From an uncultured Thermoplasmata archaeon (GTDB lineage: Archaea > Thermoplasmatota > Thermoplasmata > Halarchaeoplasmatales > Halarchaeoplasmataceae): a DNA stretch of 64,000 bases. The first letter of the stretch is position 1; each line of letters begins with the position of its first letter. Below are positions 29,801 through 42,300 of the stretch, one piece after another. Below the pieces are notes generated by a model, which was given only the letters and a program-made list of their open reading frames with translations, had not been told where the DNA came from and did not search any database. Location: NCBI GenBank assembly GCA_964535805.1, contig CAZHUM010000001.1, forward strand, positions 39,122-103,121, written 5' to 3'. Position numbers and translations under genes: made by a program.

Positions 29801-31631
29801 TTTAAAAGAACTATCTGAAATACCTTCTATTAAAAATCAATTGATGATTAGAAAAGTTCCGATAGATTATCTTAAAAAATTGCTGATTAAGGGGCTTTCA
29901 TCAAAACATTATCTCAAAAAATTATCAGAAAGGGTTGACCTTAACAAAAAAACCATCTCTAGCTATGTACAAAGAGCTAGTTTCCCATTTTGGATTTTAA
30001 AAAAGATTTTCGGAAAAGAAATCTATAAGATATTGCCCGAAAATTTAGAATTGGGTATAAAGAGGGACAACATAAATATAAAAAGGTACCTCCGGGTAGA
30101 TGAGGATTTTTGTAGGGTGATGGGATATTATGCCGCAGAGGGTTTCTCTAGGAAAAAAAGGGGGGGTTTCTACCAGATTACTATATGCTCACCAGATAAA
30201 CCGGCTAGGGCATTAATAAAGAAGGTTTTCGAAAGCCATTTGGGAGTAAAGGCATTCGATGAAAATAAATGGAAAGTAACCGTCTCAAGTAATCTAATCT
30301 ATCGCCTTTTTAACGGTGTATTAAAAGTGGGGAAGAATGCACATGATAAAAGAATACCACCTCATATACTTACATCGACTGACAATTGTTTATCTGCTTT
30401 TCTTTCATGTTATTTCTCCGGCGATGGTTCCACATCATCTAAGCGGTTGGACATTAGAGCAAATACAGTCAGTCACAAATTAGCTCATGAAATTGTTTAT
30501 TCTCTGAAAAGATTCGGGATAAATTCCAAATTATATAAAGAAAAAAGGGGTGTTAGCGGTATAGTTAAAAAATTCTATATAGATAATAACATAGACCATG
30601 AAAATAAGATATTTACATCATATATTATTAAAATCACCTCAGAAAATACAATTTTATTTAATGAAAAAATAGGATTTGACCTAAATAGAAAATCGAAAGC
30701 TCTGTCGAATTCAATTGAAAATTCTCCCGTTAGAAGCCAAAGAATGATGACTAATAGGGGAGATATATGGTTGGACGAAATAGAAGATATATCTATAGTA
30801 GAAAAATCTTCAGATTACGTTTATTCTTTGACGGTAGAGGAAAACAATACTCTGATAGCTAATGATTTATATTTAGGACAATGTGACGGTGATGAGGACT
30901 GCGTTATGCTTCTTATGGACGGCTTGCTGAACTTTTCTGAAGATTTTCTGCCTGAAAAGCGGGGCGGTAAGATGGACGCACCACTTGTGCTGACAACCAG
31001 AATAAACCCATCGGAGATAGACAAAGAGGCACACAACGTGGATACCATGTGGAAATATCCATTGGAATTCTATGAAAGGGCTATGGATTATCCCAATCCA
31101 AAAGATCTTACGGATATCATGGAAACCGTGGATAATAGATTGGGCACGAACGAGCAGTACGAGGGTTTCGGATATACACATGAAACATCCGATATATCCC
31201 AGGGTCCGGAAACTAGCAGATACACAAGGTTAAAGAAGATGACGGATAAGATGGAGGCACAGGTAAAAGTAGCACAGATAATCAGAGCGGTAGATACCGA
31301 TGACGTTGTGAGAAGGGTGATATCAGATCATTTTATTCCGGATATGATCGGGAACTTCAACAAATTCTGTGTCCAGACGGTGAGATGTACCGGTTGTAAT
31401 AAAAAATACAGGAGACCTCCGCTGAGTGGTAAATGCACGTGCGGCGGGAATCTAACGTTGACCGTTCACAAGGGAGGGGTAAAAAAGTACCTAGACCACT
31501 CGCTGAAGATGGTTAGAAGGTTCGATCTACCCGTCTACCTAGAACAAAGGGTGGAACAGATCGCCAGTCAGATAGATTCTTTGTTCGAGAATGACAATAT
31601 CTCCAACCCGAGTTTGGATGAGTTCTGTTAA
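26865..31631 (+). CDS. polC: DNA polymerase D (Pol II) large catalytic subunit DP2, interrupted by an in-frame intein.
   Basis: The N-terminus MPELKYSEDIGRYFEEL resembles Pyrococcus DP2. GGAGG lies 8 nt upstream. The conserved extein motif AAKRRN/CDGDEDCVMLL is split by a 494-aa insertion, and C-terminal Cys clusters are present. The extein totals about 1,106 aa. Confidence 0.9.
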   Translation: MPELKYSEDIGRYFEELENKAKQCYSIAKKAREKGYDPKTDVEIPMAEDLAVRCQELTGIMNTADKIRELTDEYGNREEVALLIAKEVANREGDKRKRLEDAIRIGLAVLTEGILVAPLEGIGDVQIKGGGTGEDYAELSFAGPIRSAGGTGQAMSVLIADVVRRELGIGAYKPTPSEIQRYKEEIPLYKKAKSLQYTPSAEEIEMIVKGCPVSISGEGTEREEVSGNRNLPRVDTDRLRGGACLVIAEGMTLKAKKLKKHVDKLGIEGWEFLDEYISKYSSGKKDDDEKDFKGVKPNFKYIKETIAGRPVFGHPSEKGGFRLRYGRSRTLGLAAIAVNPATMYLTDEFMAIGTQVKTERPGKAGAVTPCDTIEGPTILLKNGEVVRVHTKEKAVKLKSNVKEIIDLGEILIPYGEFLENNHKLVPGAYCHEWWVQEVDEEFYPEEIDAEMAVKLSVERGYPLHPKFIYMWHYTEKGSIEELRGFISQNGTVEDGKLVLENDEDIKSIMEDVGIPHRRESKKLFIDPYKPLLLTLGLNMDDLSIEGEGGSSDIWEYLSEISGIKVRNKGPTFIGARMARPEKAKERKMDPPVHGLFPVGDAGGSQRLVSKAVDKGIIDVTVSARRCTSCGKSGPLIRCSCGGRCEIIEEPQNIKIPMSSIFKQARKTLGEGGNIKKIKGVKGMINKTKTPEGLEKGILRAKHNIYVFKDGTSRYDMTDLPITHFKPKEIGLSIQKARELGYDHDIHGEELTEEDQIVEIKPQDVIASTNSAEYLIKISNFIDDLLEKYYGMDKFYEAKFGEDLIGELVVGLAPHTSGGVLGRLIGFHKGRAGYAHPYFHAAKRRNCFSPDTNIWVRSHDEWELKSIKEVVEENLCEGNLNSDDFGTEYKSIDGMLVPSISKDGEEELRKVTHVSKHPAPGHNIKFRTRAGRTIMVTPQHKMLRWDDNLEFCYASEIEKGDKIPAPKQINIDGRNVELDLLKELSEIPSIKNQLMIRKVPIDYLKKLLIKGLSSKHYLKKLSERVDLNKKTISSYVQRASFPFWILKKIFGKEIYKILPENLELGIKRDNINIKRYLRVDEDFCRVMGYYAAEGFSRKKRGGFYQITICSPDKPARALIKKVFESHLGVKAFDENKWKVTVSSNLIYRLFNGVLKVGKNAHDKRIPPHILTSTDNCLSAFLSCYFSGDGSTSSKRLDIRANTVSHKLAHEIVYSLKRFGINSKLYKEKRGVSGIVKKFYIDNNIDHENKIFTSYIIKITSENTILFNEKIGFDLNRKSKALSNSIENSPVRSQRMMTNRGDIWLDEIEDISIVEKSSDYVYSLTVEENNTLIANDLYLGQCDGDEDCVMLLMDGLLNFSEDFLPEKRGGKMDAPLVLTTRINPSEIDKEAHNVDTMWKYPLEFYERAMDYPNPKDLTDIMETVDNRLGTNEQYEGFGYTHETSDISQGPETSRYTRLKKMTDKMEAQVKVAQIIRAVDTDDVVRRVISDHFIPDMIGNFNKFCVQTVRCTGCNKKYRRPPLSGKCTCGGNLTLTVHKGGVKKYLDHSLKMVRRFDLPVYLEQRVEQIASQIDSLFENDNISNPSLDEFC
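29400..30881 (+). mobile_element. Intein (494 aa) in polD DP2 with a LAGLIDADG homing-endonuclease domain, ending in Gln instead of Asn.
   Basis: It begins at Cys (CFSPDTNIWV), sits between KRRN and CDGDED, and carries two LAGLIDADG-type motifs (VMGYYAAEGFS and LSCYFSGDGS). The last residues are ...LGQ followed by extein Cys. Both boundaries are in frame with the CDS. Confidence 0.85.
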
Positions 31632-31642
31632 TCGTGTCCTTT

Positions 31643-32659
31643 TTAAAATGAAAAAAGGTCCGCTTGCTTATCCATGTCCCTAGCTTCTATTATCTTTTCA
31701 ACTGCGGAACCAACCCGTGATTCCGAGAATCCCCTTTCATCGCACAGAAATTTCTTTATTCCCTCCAGGTCAGGGTCTTGGAATTCGATGACGTACTCAT
31801 CCGTCACTTTGGGATCTAAGAACAGCTTTTGGATGATTTCATAGTTGTTAACGTATACATCGCTACTTTCAAACACACCTTCGATATCTCCATGCTTCTT
31901 GATCTTTTTTAATCCTCGTTTTGGACCGATACCTTTGATGCCGTCGTTGTAATCGGTTCCCATGAGTATAGCGATATCGATGAGCTGCTTTCTCGATATT
32001 CCCAGTTCCCCAAGTGTTTCTTCCAACTTTATCAGTTCCGGCATGACATCTTTGTACTCGTTTCTTCCAGGTAGTTTTCTTCTCCCTGTTATCGTCAAAT
32101 TTCTCACCAGCCTATCCGCACCGCAAAGCAGCGAATCGAAGTCCTGGCTTCCGACAGCCCATGCATCTCCCTTGGTGACCATATGAGCGGCTTGACTCTC
32201 ACCTTCCGCCGGGGCTTGTACGTATGGTATGCCCATCAATTCCAATAGTTTTTTTGCACTTTTCTCTATCTCATCGCTCATCCTGGAAGTCTGCTGTGCC
32301 TTGCTCCTAGCTCTTTCTAGATCTCCCTTATCTAGGGCTTTTTGGTATTCTTTTTCGGCTTCTTTCTTCCTTTTTTTCCTTTTTTCGAGAGTGCCCTCCT
32401 TCATTATATCGGGTTTTCCATCAAAAACGTAGACCAGTTTCAGACCGGACTGCAGTAGATTGGAGTTCCTGTAAAGGAGTCCGGAAAGATGTGACGTTAT
32501 CCTCTCATGGGAATCCATCAGGGGAGTTCCATCTCTTTGCCTTATGCTCGCCAAGAATTGATATATTATATTGTATGCATCTACCGCTATCGCTTTTTCT
32601 TTTAGTTCATCGATATCGATCTCTTTCGACACCACAATATCTCCAAGGGCGACCCCCAT
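31643..32659 (-). CDS. fen: Flap endonuclease 1 (FEN-1).
   Basis: XPG N/I domains (MGVALGDIV..., AIAVDAYNIIYQFL, VYVFDGKPDIMK) and a C-terminal PIP-like tail (KQADLFSF). Confidence 0.9.
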   Translation of the reverse strand: MGVALGDIVVSKEIDIDELKEKAIAVDAYNIIYQFLASIRQRDGTPLMDSHERITSHLSGLLYRNSNLLQSGLKLVYVFDGKPDIMKEGTLEKRKKRKKEAEKEYQKALDKGDLERARSKAQQTSRMSDEIEKSAKKLLELMGIPYVQAPAEGESQAAHMVTKGDAWAVGSQDFDSLLCGADRLVRNLTITGRRKLPGRNEYKDVMPELIKLEETLGELGISRKQLIDIAILMGTDYNDGIKGIGPKRGLKKIKKHGDIEGVFESSDVYVNNYEIIQKLFLDPKVTDEYVIEFQDPDLEGIKKFLCDERGFSESRVGSAVEKIIEARDMDKQADLFSF

Positions 32660-32670
32660 TTTATCAATCC

Positions 32671-33384
32671 CTAAAAGACTTCTCCCTCTGTTTCGACGAT
32701 CAGGCCCTTATCAGTTATGCGGTAGGGTTTCACTTTACGGGTGTGTTCGATCCTCCTCATTTTCTTTACCTGTATGCTCATCTGTACGTCTTGATTTTCC
32801 AGCTGGTTGTATCTAAGTAATATAACACCATCGGCTGTGTACTCGACCAAACCGTCCCTAGAGCTTTCAGGGTTGTCGTCCTTGACTTCCGCGGTAAGGA
32901 GTGCTGTCGCTCCGGATTCTTTGATCTTTTGACAGAGGTCGAAGAGCCGCTTCCTTTTATCCTGTACATCTCCGGAGAGCATGTTCAAGAGGGAGACCGA
33001 ATCGATGGCGATCCTATCCGCTTTAAATTCCTTTATAAACCTCGGAAAATCGCTTTTCAGTTTGTTAATGGTAGCTTCAGCATCGGCAGGACTCAGTTTC
33101 TCTACCATGATCTGTTCGTCCTCGATATAAGGGGCAAAATCCCATCCATAGGACTTGCCTGTTGTGACGACCGCTTCTCTATCTTCTTCAAGTGAAAGGA
33201 AGATGCATTTTTCACCTTTTTCAAGCCCCGCCCATAGATACTGCAGTGCAAAAGTTGTTTTTCCAGTCCCGAAGGACCCCATAACGGTGAAAACGTGACC
33301 TCTAGGGACACCTCCGTAGAGCATCTCGTTCAAACCCTCTATTCCCGTGGTTACTCTTTCTATATTATCATCCATACATATCAC
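32671..33384 (-). CDS. KaiC-like RecA-superfamily ATPase (aRadC-like).
   Basis: GIEGLNEMLYGGVPRGHVFTVMGSFGTGKTTFALQYL is the KaiC-type Walker A context, with Walker B ADRIAIDSVS. The gene lies 11 nt upstream of fen. Confidence 0.8.
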   Translation of the reverse strand: MICMDDNIERVTTGIEGLNEMLYGGVPRGHVFTVMGSFGTGKTTFALQYLWAGLEKGEKCIFLSLEEDREAVVTTGKSYGWDFAPYIEDEQIMVEKLSPADAEATINKLKSDFPRFIKEFKADRIAIDSVSLLNMLSGDVQDKRKRLFDLCQKIKESGATALLTAEVKDDNPESSRDGLVEYTADGVILLRYNQLENQDVQMSIQVKKMRRIEHTRKVKPYRITDKGLIVETEGEVF

Positions 33385-34253
33385 CTAATTTTTTCATAAT
33401 TTACTACGGTATAACCGTCAAGTGCGGATACCTCCGCTGTAAACCTAGCTATCTTCTCCCTCTTCAAATGAGGTAGGACACTCATGAACTTTTCGACTAT
33501 CATGTATCTCTGCCGTTGGGAAGAGCGGTGTGTCTTGGACCATTCGAACTGGATAACTCCGTCTACACTGTCGATTATCAAGTACTCCAAGCTTTTCTCT
33601 ATGATCCCCTTTGTCAAAAGGAGATATACTATGCCACCCCATTTCTTGGATGCTCTTCTCATGCCTTTCAGTATCGTCACAAGTTTATCCTTCTCGATTG
33701 TGTTGTTGGTAAGCAGGTCCGTGAGTGAGTCTACTATCACGATGTTATCCTCAGCATTGGCCTCAAGGAAATCCACGAGTTCCTCCAGGAGATTGGAGTT
33801 GGTATCACTTGAAAAAATAGACGATGTTGATCCATCGGTGGTCCAGCTGTGAGGTACCATGGTCCTTTTGAAATACGCATTAGAAAAGTCTTTGAACAAA
33901 AGAGATTCCTCTATGGCGTCGTAATAATCCTGGTTGAAAGACATCTTTACTTCATCTAGGATGTCTTCTTTCGCCCTTGAGAAAGTCAGGTAGTGGATCT
34001 CCTCTGGCAATATCGATTTTTTACATTCGTCTCCGAGTACTATGTGTATGTTGTCCTTGTCCGGATTTTCTTTTACCCTGAGTATCTTAGCTGCGGAGGT
34101 GTAAGTAAATTCCAGGCCTCCAGCACCTATCTCTGTTAACAGTAAAACAACGGAACCTGCGGGGAGTCCACCCCTGATAATAGAATCTAAATCGCTTACT
34201 CCTGTAGGTATCTTTTTCATATGTGAACTCCTGTCAGACTCATCGTCTGACAA
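33381..34253 (-). CDS. Degenerate KaiC/RecA-like paralog, a predicted pseudo-ATPase.
   Basis: Same fold context (GVSDLDSIIRGGLPAGSVVLLLTEIGAGGLEFTYTS), but the Walker A Lys/Thr are replaced (GAGGLEF). A 4-nt overlap with the downstream KaiC-like gene suggests an operon. Confidence 0.55.
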   Translation of the reverse strand: MSDDESDRSSHMKKIPTGVSDLDSIIRGGLPAGSVVLLLTEIGAGGLEFTYTSAAKILRVKENPDKDNIHIVLGDECKKSILPEEIHYLTFSRAKEDILDEVKMSFNQDYYDAIEESLLFKDFSNAYFKRTMVPHSWTTDGSTSSIFSSDTNSNLLEELVDFLEANAEDNIVIVDSLTDLLTNNTIEKDKLVTILKGMRRASKKWGGIVYLLLTKGIIEKSLEYLIIDSVDGVIQFEWSKTHRSSQRQRYMIVEKFMSVLPHLKREKIARFTAEVSALDGYTVVNYEKIR

Positions 34254-34444
34254 GTGGTGCGTTGGATATAATAGAAAACCCCCATTTTATACTTTACCTT
34301 GATATTACAAATTACAAAAAAGGGAATAATTTTTGTATCTAGTTAACCCTTCTTTATCTCAGATTCACCCTTCCATAATCCTTTTATATTAGATGCTTAT
34401 TAGTTCGATTTCCCTCACTCTTGAATATATATAACGAGGGAATA

Positions 34445-34462
34445 AAAATAGGTTTATATAGT
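34445..34462 (+). promoter_or_regulatory. Archaeal BRE/TATA promoter for the 23S rRNA transcript.
   Basis: aaaaataggtttatata contains the TATA box tttatata, preceded by a purine-rich BRE. It lies about 110 nt upstream of the processing stem. Confidence 0.5.
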
Positions 34463-34569
34463 TGCAAAAACGTATTTCAATATTGCACTATTTGACATGC
34501 ACTCGGCGACATGAAAAAGGGTTGTCGGGGAAGGGTATAGAACCTCTTTGAGGTTCGATGATTACCGAT

Positions 34570-34602
34570 CATACGCAGACCTGGATGTGTACCAATCCAA
34601 GA
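34570..34602 (+). other. 5' half of the pre-23S rRNA processing stem; pairs with 37524..37557.
   Basis: catacgcagacc and ccaatccaaga are exactly (11/11) or near-exactly (11/12 plus G-U) complementary to ggtctgcgtgtg and tcttggattgg on the 3' flank. Each side carries a 10-nt internal loop between the two helices. Confidence 0.7.
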
Positions 34603-34611
34603 TTCATTGCT

Positions 34612-37515
<2,904 letters not shown>

Positions 37516-37523
37516 TGTTTATC

Positions 37524-37557
37524 TCTTGGATTGGTCATTTGACAGGTCTGCGTGTGG
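37524..37557 (+). other. 3' half of the pre-23S processing stem, followed by T-rich terminator tracts (37559..37590).
   Basis: Complement of the 34570..34602 region. Two T7 runs lie downstream (gtttttttatccattttttta). Confidence 0.7.
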
Positions 37558-37596
37558 ATGTTTTTTTATCCATTTTTTTAAAGCATAGAGCTTTGG

Positions 37597-37986
37597 TTAT
37601 GTTAAACCAGCAGGTGTAAGGGAATCAAGAAGTAGATGTGATATGTATCCGAGGAGGAAGAAGTAAAGAGACCATATACCCCGGTTGAAGGTATTCATCA
37701 AGTAGGATAATGTGATGATGAAGAATACTAAAAACAATAACAAAATCATTTTACTGTGCGCGATCCCCCTGTGTCGCGGAGTGTATGCAGGATCGAGGAT
37801 ATCGGGAATCAAAGCACCAAATATAGTGAAAAGGATCATCAGCAAATAGTCAAATAAATTATAGGATGTGAATATCCATCCAAATAAGTTGATATCCGTT
37901 GCTTTTTTATTGGCAATGATTTCCATCAAAAGTAGACCCAATAGGGCTGTTATTAAAGAGAAAATTATATGTGACTTCCTGTTCAT
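37597..37986 (-). CDS. DUF457-family membrane-bound metal-dependent hydrolase (YdjM-like).
   Basis: Multi-TM with HRGIAHS and HLLLDSLT motifs. The ATG at 37986 is preferred over the TTG at 38031. Confidence 0.6.
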   Translation of the reverse strand: MNRKSHIIFSLITALLGLLLMEIIANKKATDINLFGWIFTSYNLFDYLLMILFTIFGALIPDILDPAYTPRHRGIAHSKMILLLFLVFFIITLSYLMNTFNRGIWSLYFFLLGYISHLLLDSLTPAGLT

Positions 37987-38091
37987 AGTTATAATGTATA
38001 TTTCATTATGTATACATATAAGATTAAACAAGAGGGAGCAGCGAAAGTGGTTAGATTTTTATAACTCTACGCAATCTAGTAGTTGGATAAT

Positions 38092-39264
38092 ATGCCAGAT
38101 GAGCAGGATGAAGAAGGAAGTCTGACTACACAGAATGAAGATGATTTCGTGATTACTCCATGGGAGGTAAAGGGGGATATCAATTATAATCAATTAATAA
38201 AGAAATTCGGAACTAATTCGATAGATGATGAACTTCTCGATCGTATCGAAGGTATCGCAGGGGGGCTTCATTTCATGTTGAGGAGAGGAATATTTTATTC
38301 CCACCGGGATTTCAACTGGATCCTTGATGAATACGAGAAGGGTAACAAATTCGCCCTGTACACTGGTAGAGGGCCCTCAGGACATACGCACGTAGGACAC
38401 CTGATGCCGTGGATGTTCGCTAAATGGATGCAGGATAAATTCGATGTAGATCTATACTTCCAGTTGACCGACGACGAAAAATTCCTGTTCAAATTCGATC
38501 TCGACCTGGAGGACTCGCATAAATATGCCATCGAGAACGCCCTAGACATAATCGCATTGGGATTCGACCCTGATAGGACACACATATTTATCGACACAGA
38601 TTTTATACACAATCTTTATCCTCTTGCGTTGAGAGTTGCAAAGAGGGTGAATTTTTCTACTGCGAAAGCTGTCTTCGGTTTTGATAATTCTACTAATGTA
38701 GGTTCTATCTTCTACACATCCATACAGTCTGCACCATGCTTTTTACCGTCTGAGATCGAGGGGAAAAATGTCCCTGTAGTGATACCATGTGGGATTGACC
38801 AGGACGCTCATTTCAGAGTGACTAGAGACCTCGCTGAGACCTTGGACTACTATAAACCCGCCCTACTGCACAATAAATTAGCTCCTTCATTAGACGGGTC
38901 CGGTAAGATGTCTGCTAGCATACCCAAGACCACTATTTTTACCACGGACACACCGGAACAGGTCGATTCAAAGATCAACGAGGCCTTTACCGGTGGAAAG
39001 ATATCTGCTAAGGAGCAGAGAGAAGAAGGCGGGAATCCTGATATTTGTGCAGTGCAGAACTACCGCTACTTTATATTTGTGAAGGATGATAATAAGGTTA
39101 AAGAGATAGCTCAGAGATGTAGGAGCGGAGACATACTTTGTGGAGAATGCAAGCAGCTATTGAAAGAAAAAATAAAGGACTTTCTCGAGGAACATCAACA
39201 GAAGAGGGAAAACGCGAGGGACGAGTTAGAAAAGTTTTTGATTGAAGATTGCAAAAATATATAG
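38092..39264 (+). CDS. trpS: Tryptophanyl-tRNA synthetase (archaeal/eukaryotic type).
   Basis: TGRGPSGHTHVGHLMPW (HIGH region) and the KMSAS variant of KMSKS. Length is about 390 aa. Confidence 0.85.
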   Translation: MPDEQDEEGSLTTQNEDDFVITPWEVKGDINYNQLIKKFGTNSIDDELLDRIEGIAGGLHFMLRRGIFYSHRDFNWILDEYEKGNKFALYTGRGPSGHTHVGHLMPWMFAKWMQDKFDVDLYFQLTDDEKFLFKFDLDLEDSHKYAIENALDIIALGFDPDRTHIFIDTDFIHNLYPLALRVAKRVNFSTAKAVFGFDNSTNVGSIFYTSIQSAPCFLPSEIEGKNVPVVIPCGIDQDAHFRVTRDLAETLDYYKPALLHNKLAPSLDGSGKMSASIPKTTIFTTDTPEQVDSKINEAFTGGKISAKEQREEGGNPDICAVQNYRYFIFVKDDNKVKEIAQRCRSGDILCGECKQLLKEKIKDFLEEHQQKRENARDELEKFLIEDCKNI

Positions 39265-39348
39265 GAGCCAAGCAGTAATTTCTAATGAAAAATCTATATA
39301 TAGGGGTGCCTGCATGAGAAACGCCACAATTATACCAGGTGAAATCTG

Positions 39349-42300
39349 ATGAGGTTTAGCTTGCCTAATCTAAGCAAAAAAACAGAAACACGGAAGCACG
39401 TCGATGAGTCAATATTAGAGAAACACTGGGGTACCATAGTCTCGCTTTTAGGAATATTTTTCCTAGCATTCTTTATACGTACCTACTTCGCTTTCGATTT
39501 AGCGACAAAATACGGAACGCCTTATTTGTTGTCAGGAGGGTCTGACGCATATTATTATGGTAGGATCATCGACTATATACAAACCAATCATCAGCACCTT
39601 ACCTTCGACCCATTATTGAATTACCCGATGGGTTCTAGAAATCCTCGTCCACCTATATTCGCCTGGTCTATAGTTCTGATAGGACATTTACTAAGCCCAT
39701 TTGTAGGCAGCGTGAACGTGGGGATCAACTACGCATTCATTTTATCTACAGGGTTCTGGGGTGCTCTAACTATCTTCCCAGTATATCTCATCGGAAGGGA
39801 TACTTTCGGGAAAAAGGCCGGGATGGCTGCTGCGTTTCTATTAGCCATAAGTTCTGGTCATCTACAGAGAAGTCCTATTACTAACGGCGATCACGATGCG
39901 ATCTACCTTTTCTTCATCGTGACGGCATTCTACTTCTTTATGAAAGCTCTTGAGGGCATACCAGATGAGAAAAATTGGATATCCTCTTACAAGGATCCTA
40001 GTGCCATTAAGAACGGATTAAAACAATTTGTAATGGAGAACAAGAGGTCTTTGCTTTATTCCGGATTGTCCGGTATGTCAATAGCATCCGTAGCTCTTAT
40101 CTGGAAAGGGTATGCCTACGTCATAGTTATTCTGATAGTCTACTACTTCATACAATTATTCATTGACCGATTAAGAACGAGAGATTCTTTGGGGATAACG
40201 GCCTGCATCGGAATATCAATAGGTTTGGCTTTCCTAGTTTCCTCACCATACTATCTCATTGTTGGAATCGGACCTAGGTATTTTGATATCCCACTGTTGA
40301 TGTTCGCCGCTGGTTTTGGAGTAGGTATATTCCTTACGGTTACACGGGATTGGCCCTGGGTTCTCACCTTTTCCATCATCATCGCCGGACTTGTCGTATT
40401 TATATTATTGGGATTATACGTATTACCGAGCTTATTAACCGCACTGACAAGTGGTGCTGGTTACTTTGTTCAAACCAAAGCCATATCCACTATCGCAGAG
40501 GCTCAAGCTCCAGCGTTCAGTAATCTGGTGATGTCATTCGGATTGGTATCATTCTTCCTTTCCATAGCAGGCATTGGACTCGCGATATGGCACTTTAAAA
40601 ATAGTTGGAAAACGAACTTTCTTTTAATCTTATTGTGGACAGCACTTGCCATCTACATGGCTATGTCCGCTGCGAGGTTCATTTTCAATTCTTCCCCTGC
40701 ATTTGCCCTGACAGCTGGTTGGGTCATTGCATTGGTGGTCGACAAGACTGACTTCCCCGCCATATCAAAAACATTCCAAAGTTTCAAGGGGGATGTGTTG
40801 TACGGCATTTGGAAGAGCGTCAAGCTGAGACATGCAACCGTTGCGGTTTTCGTTGTTTTCATGATTATGGTTCCAAATGCTATGTATGGAATGGATTCTG
40901 GAATACCTTATGAAGAGAAAGAGGGATACAACAAACAGATACACAGAGCACTTCCCGAACCCATTAGACCTGAAGGATACAATGCATCTAGTGGAGACAA
41001 TTGGTACCTCGGTGCTTTCGGATATGCATTGGATAAACCAAATGAATACTGGCCCGCATCGTGGGAGTGGTTGGCCCGTCAAGACAACGATAAAGAACCA
41101 GCGGAGAGACCTGGTTTCTTAAGTTGGTGGGACTACGGTTTCGAGTGCGCTAGACAGGGCGATCATCCCACTGTGGCTGACAACTTCCTTAACGGACATC
41201 AGCTGGCCGGTAACGTACTCATGGCTCAGAATGAATCCGAGATACTTGCTCTATTCATTACTAGAGAACTTGAAGATACATACAGTAAAAGCGATGGATT
41301 TGACGACGACATAGAAGAAATACTCATCGATTATATCGGTGAAGAGAAAACCCATGAGTTAGAAAGAACATTTAAGGATCCAGAGAGATATAAAGAGGAG
41401 GTTCTATCCAACCCGGAAAAATATCACCCAAGGGACGAAGATTTGGATAGACATAATATAAAATACGCAAGGTGCATGGGGATGTTGTCTTACGAGGGGC
41501 TAGATACCCTTGGAGAATTGTATAGAGATATCTCATTAAAGATAGATAAAAGGATCAAGTATATTGCAATGGATACAAGATTGTTTCCATTCTCTGGAAC
41601 GAACACGGGCATATTCTATGCACCAGCAAAATTATCCGGACACCGTATCTACGAGGAACATGGTATGCGGACACCCATCGATTTTTACAAGGTGCTTTTG
41701 GTAGATGAACAAGGTAATGAGTACGAAAACCCAGATAAAGTACCCCAGGAGGTCAGTATCACGGATTACAAGATAGATTACCAACCTGCGTTCTTCAATT
41801 CCACCCTGTATAGAGTGTTCGCAGGGTATTCCGCCCAGGAGATAGGCGAAGGAGAAGGCATTCCGGGTTTAGACAATCAAGAGCTCCAACCTATGCCTTC
41901 ATGGAACATGACGCATTTCAAGTTATCTTATAGGACCGCTTATTTTAACCCGTATCCAAGGGATGAAGTCCGTGATCATCCAGATGCATGGAAGGCGATT
42001 TCATATGAAAAAGCCCTCGAGTACCACCAGGACGATAACGTCACGGTTGATTTGAGCGCCCAAAGTTACATGAGACAGGGTGTGGTTTATTTGGAGCACT
42101 TCGATGGAGCATTGATCTCTGGCAAAGTAACCACCGAAGAAGGCGAGCCCATAGCCAATGCAAGGTTAACCGTTCTTGATGATACCGCGACCCCACATCA
42201 AATGGATTACACGGATGAAGACGGTAGTTATTCCCTTAAAGTCCCTTCTGGAAACATATCCGTTATCGCATCTGTCGGAGGATTGAGCGGAGGGCAAAGG

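Noticed and set aside
34222-34245. Perfect 8-bp palindrome tgtcagac-n5-gtctgaca.
   Set aside because: It lies inside the N-terminal codons (SDDESD) of the degenerate KaiC-like gene, so it is likely coincidental with the acidic coding sequence rather than an operator.
40653-41122. Small ORFs on both strands inside aglB.
   Set aside because: They are embedded in a strongly supported 6.4-kb reading frame and have no features of their own.
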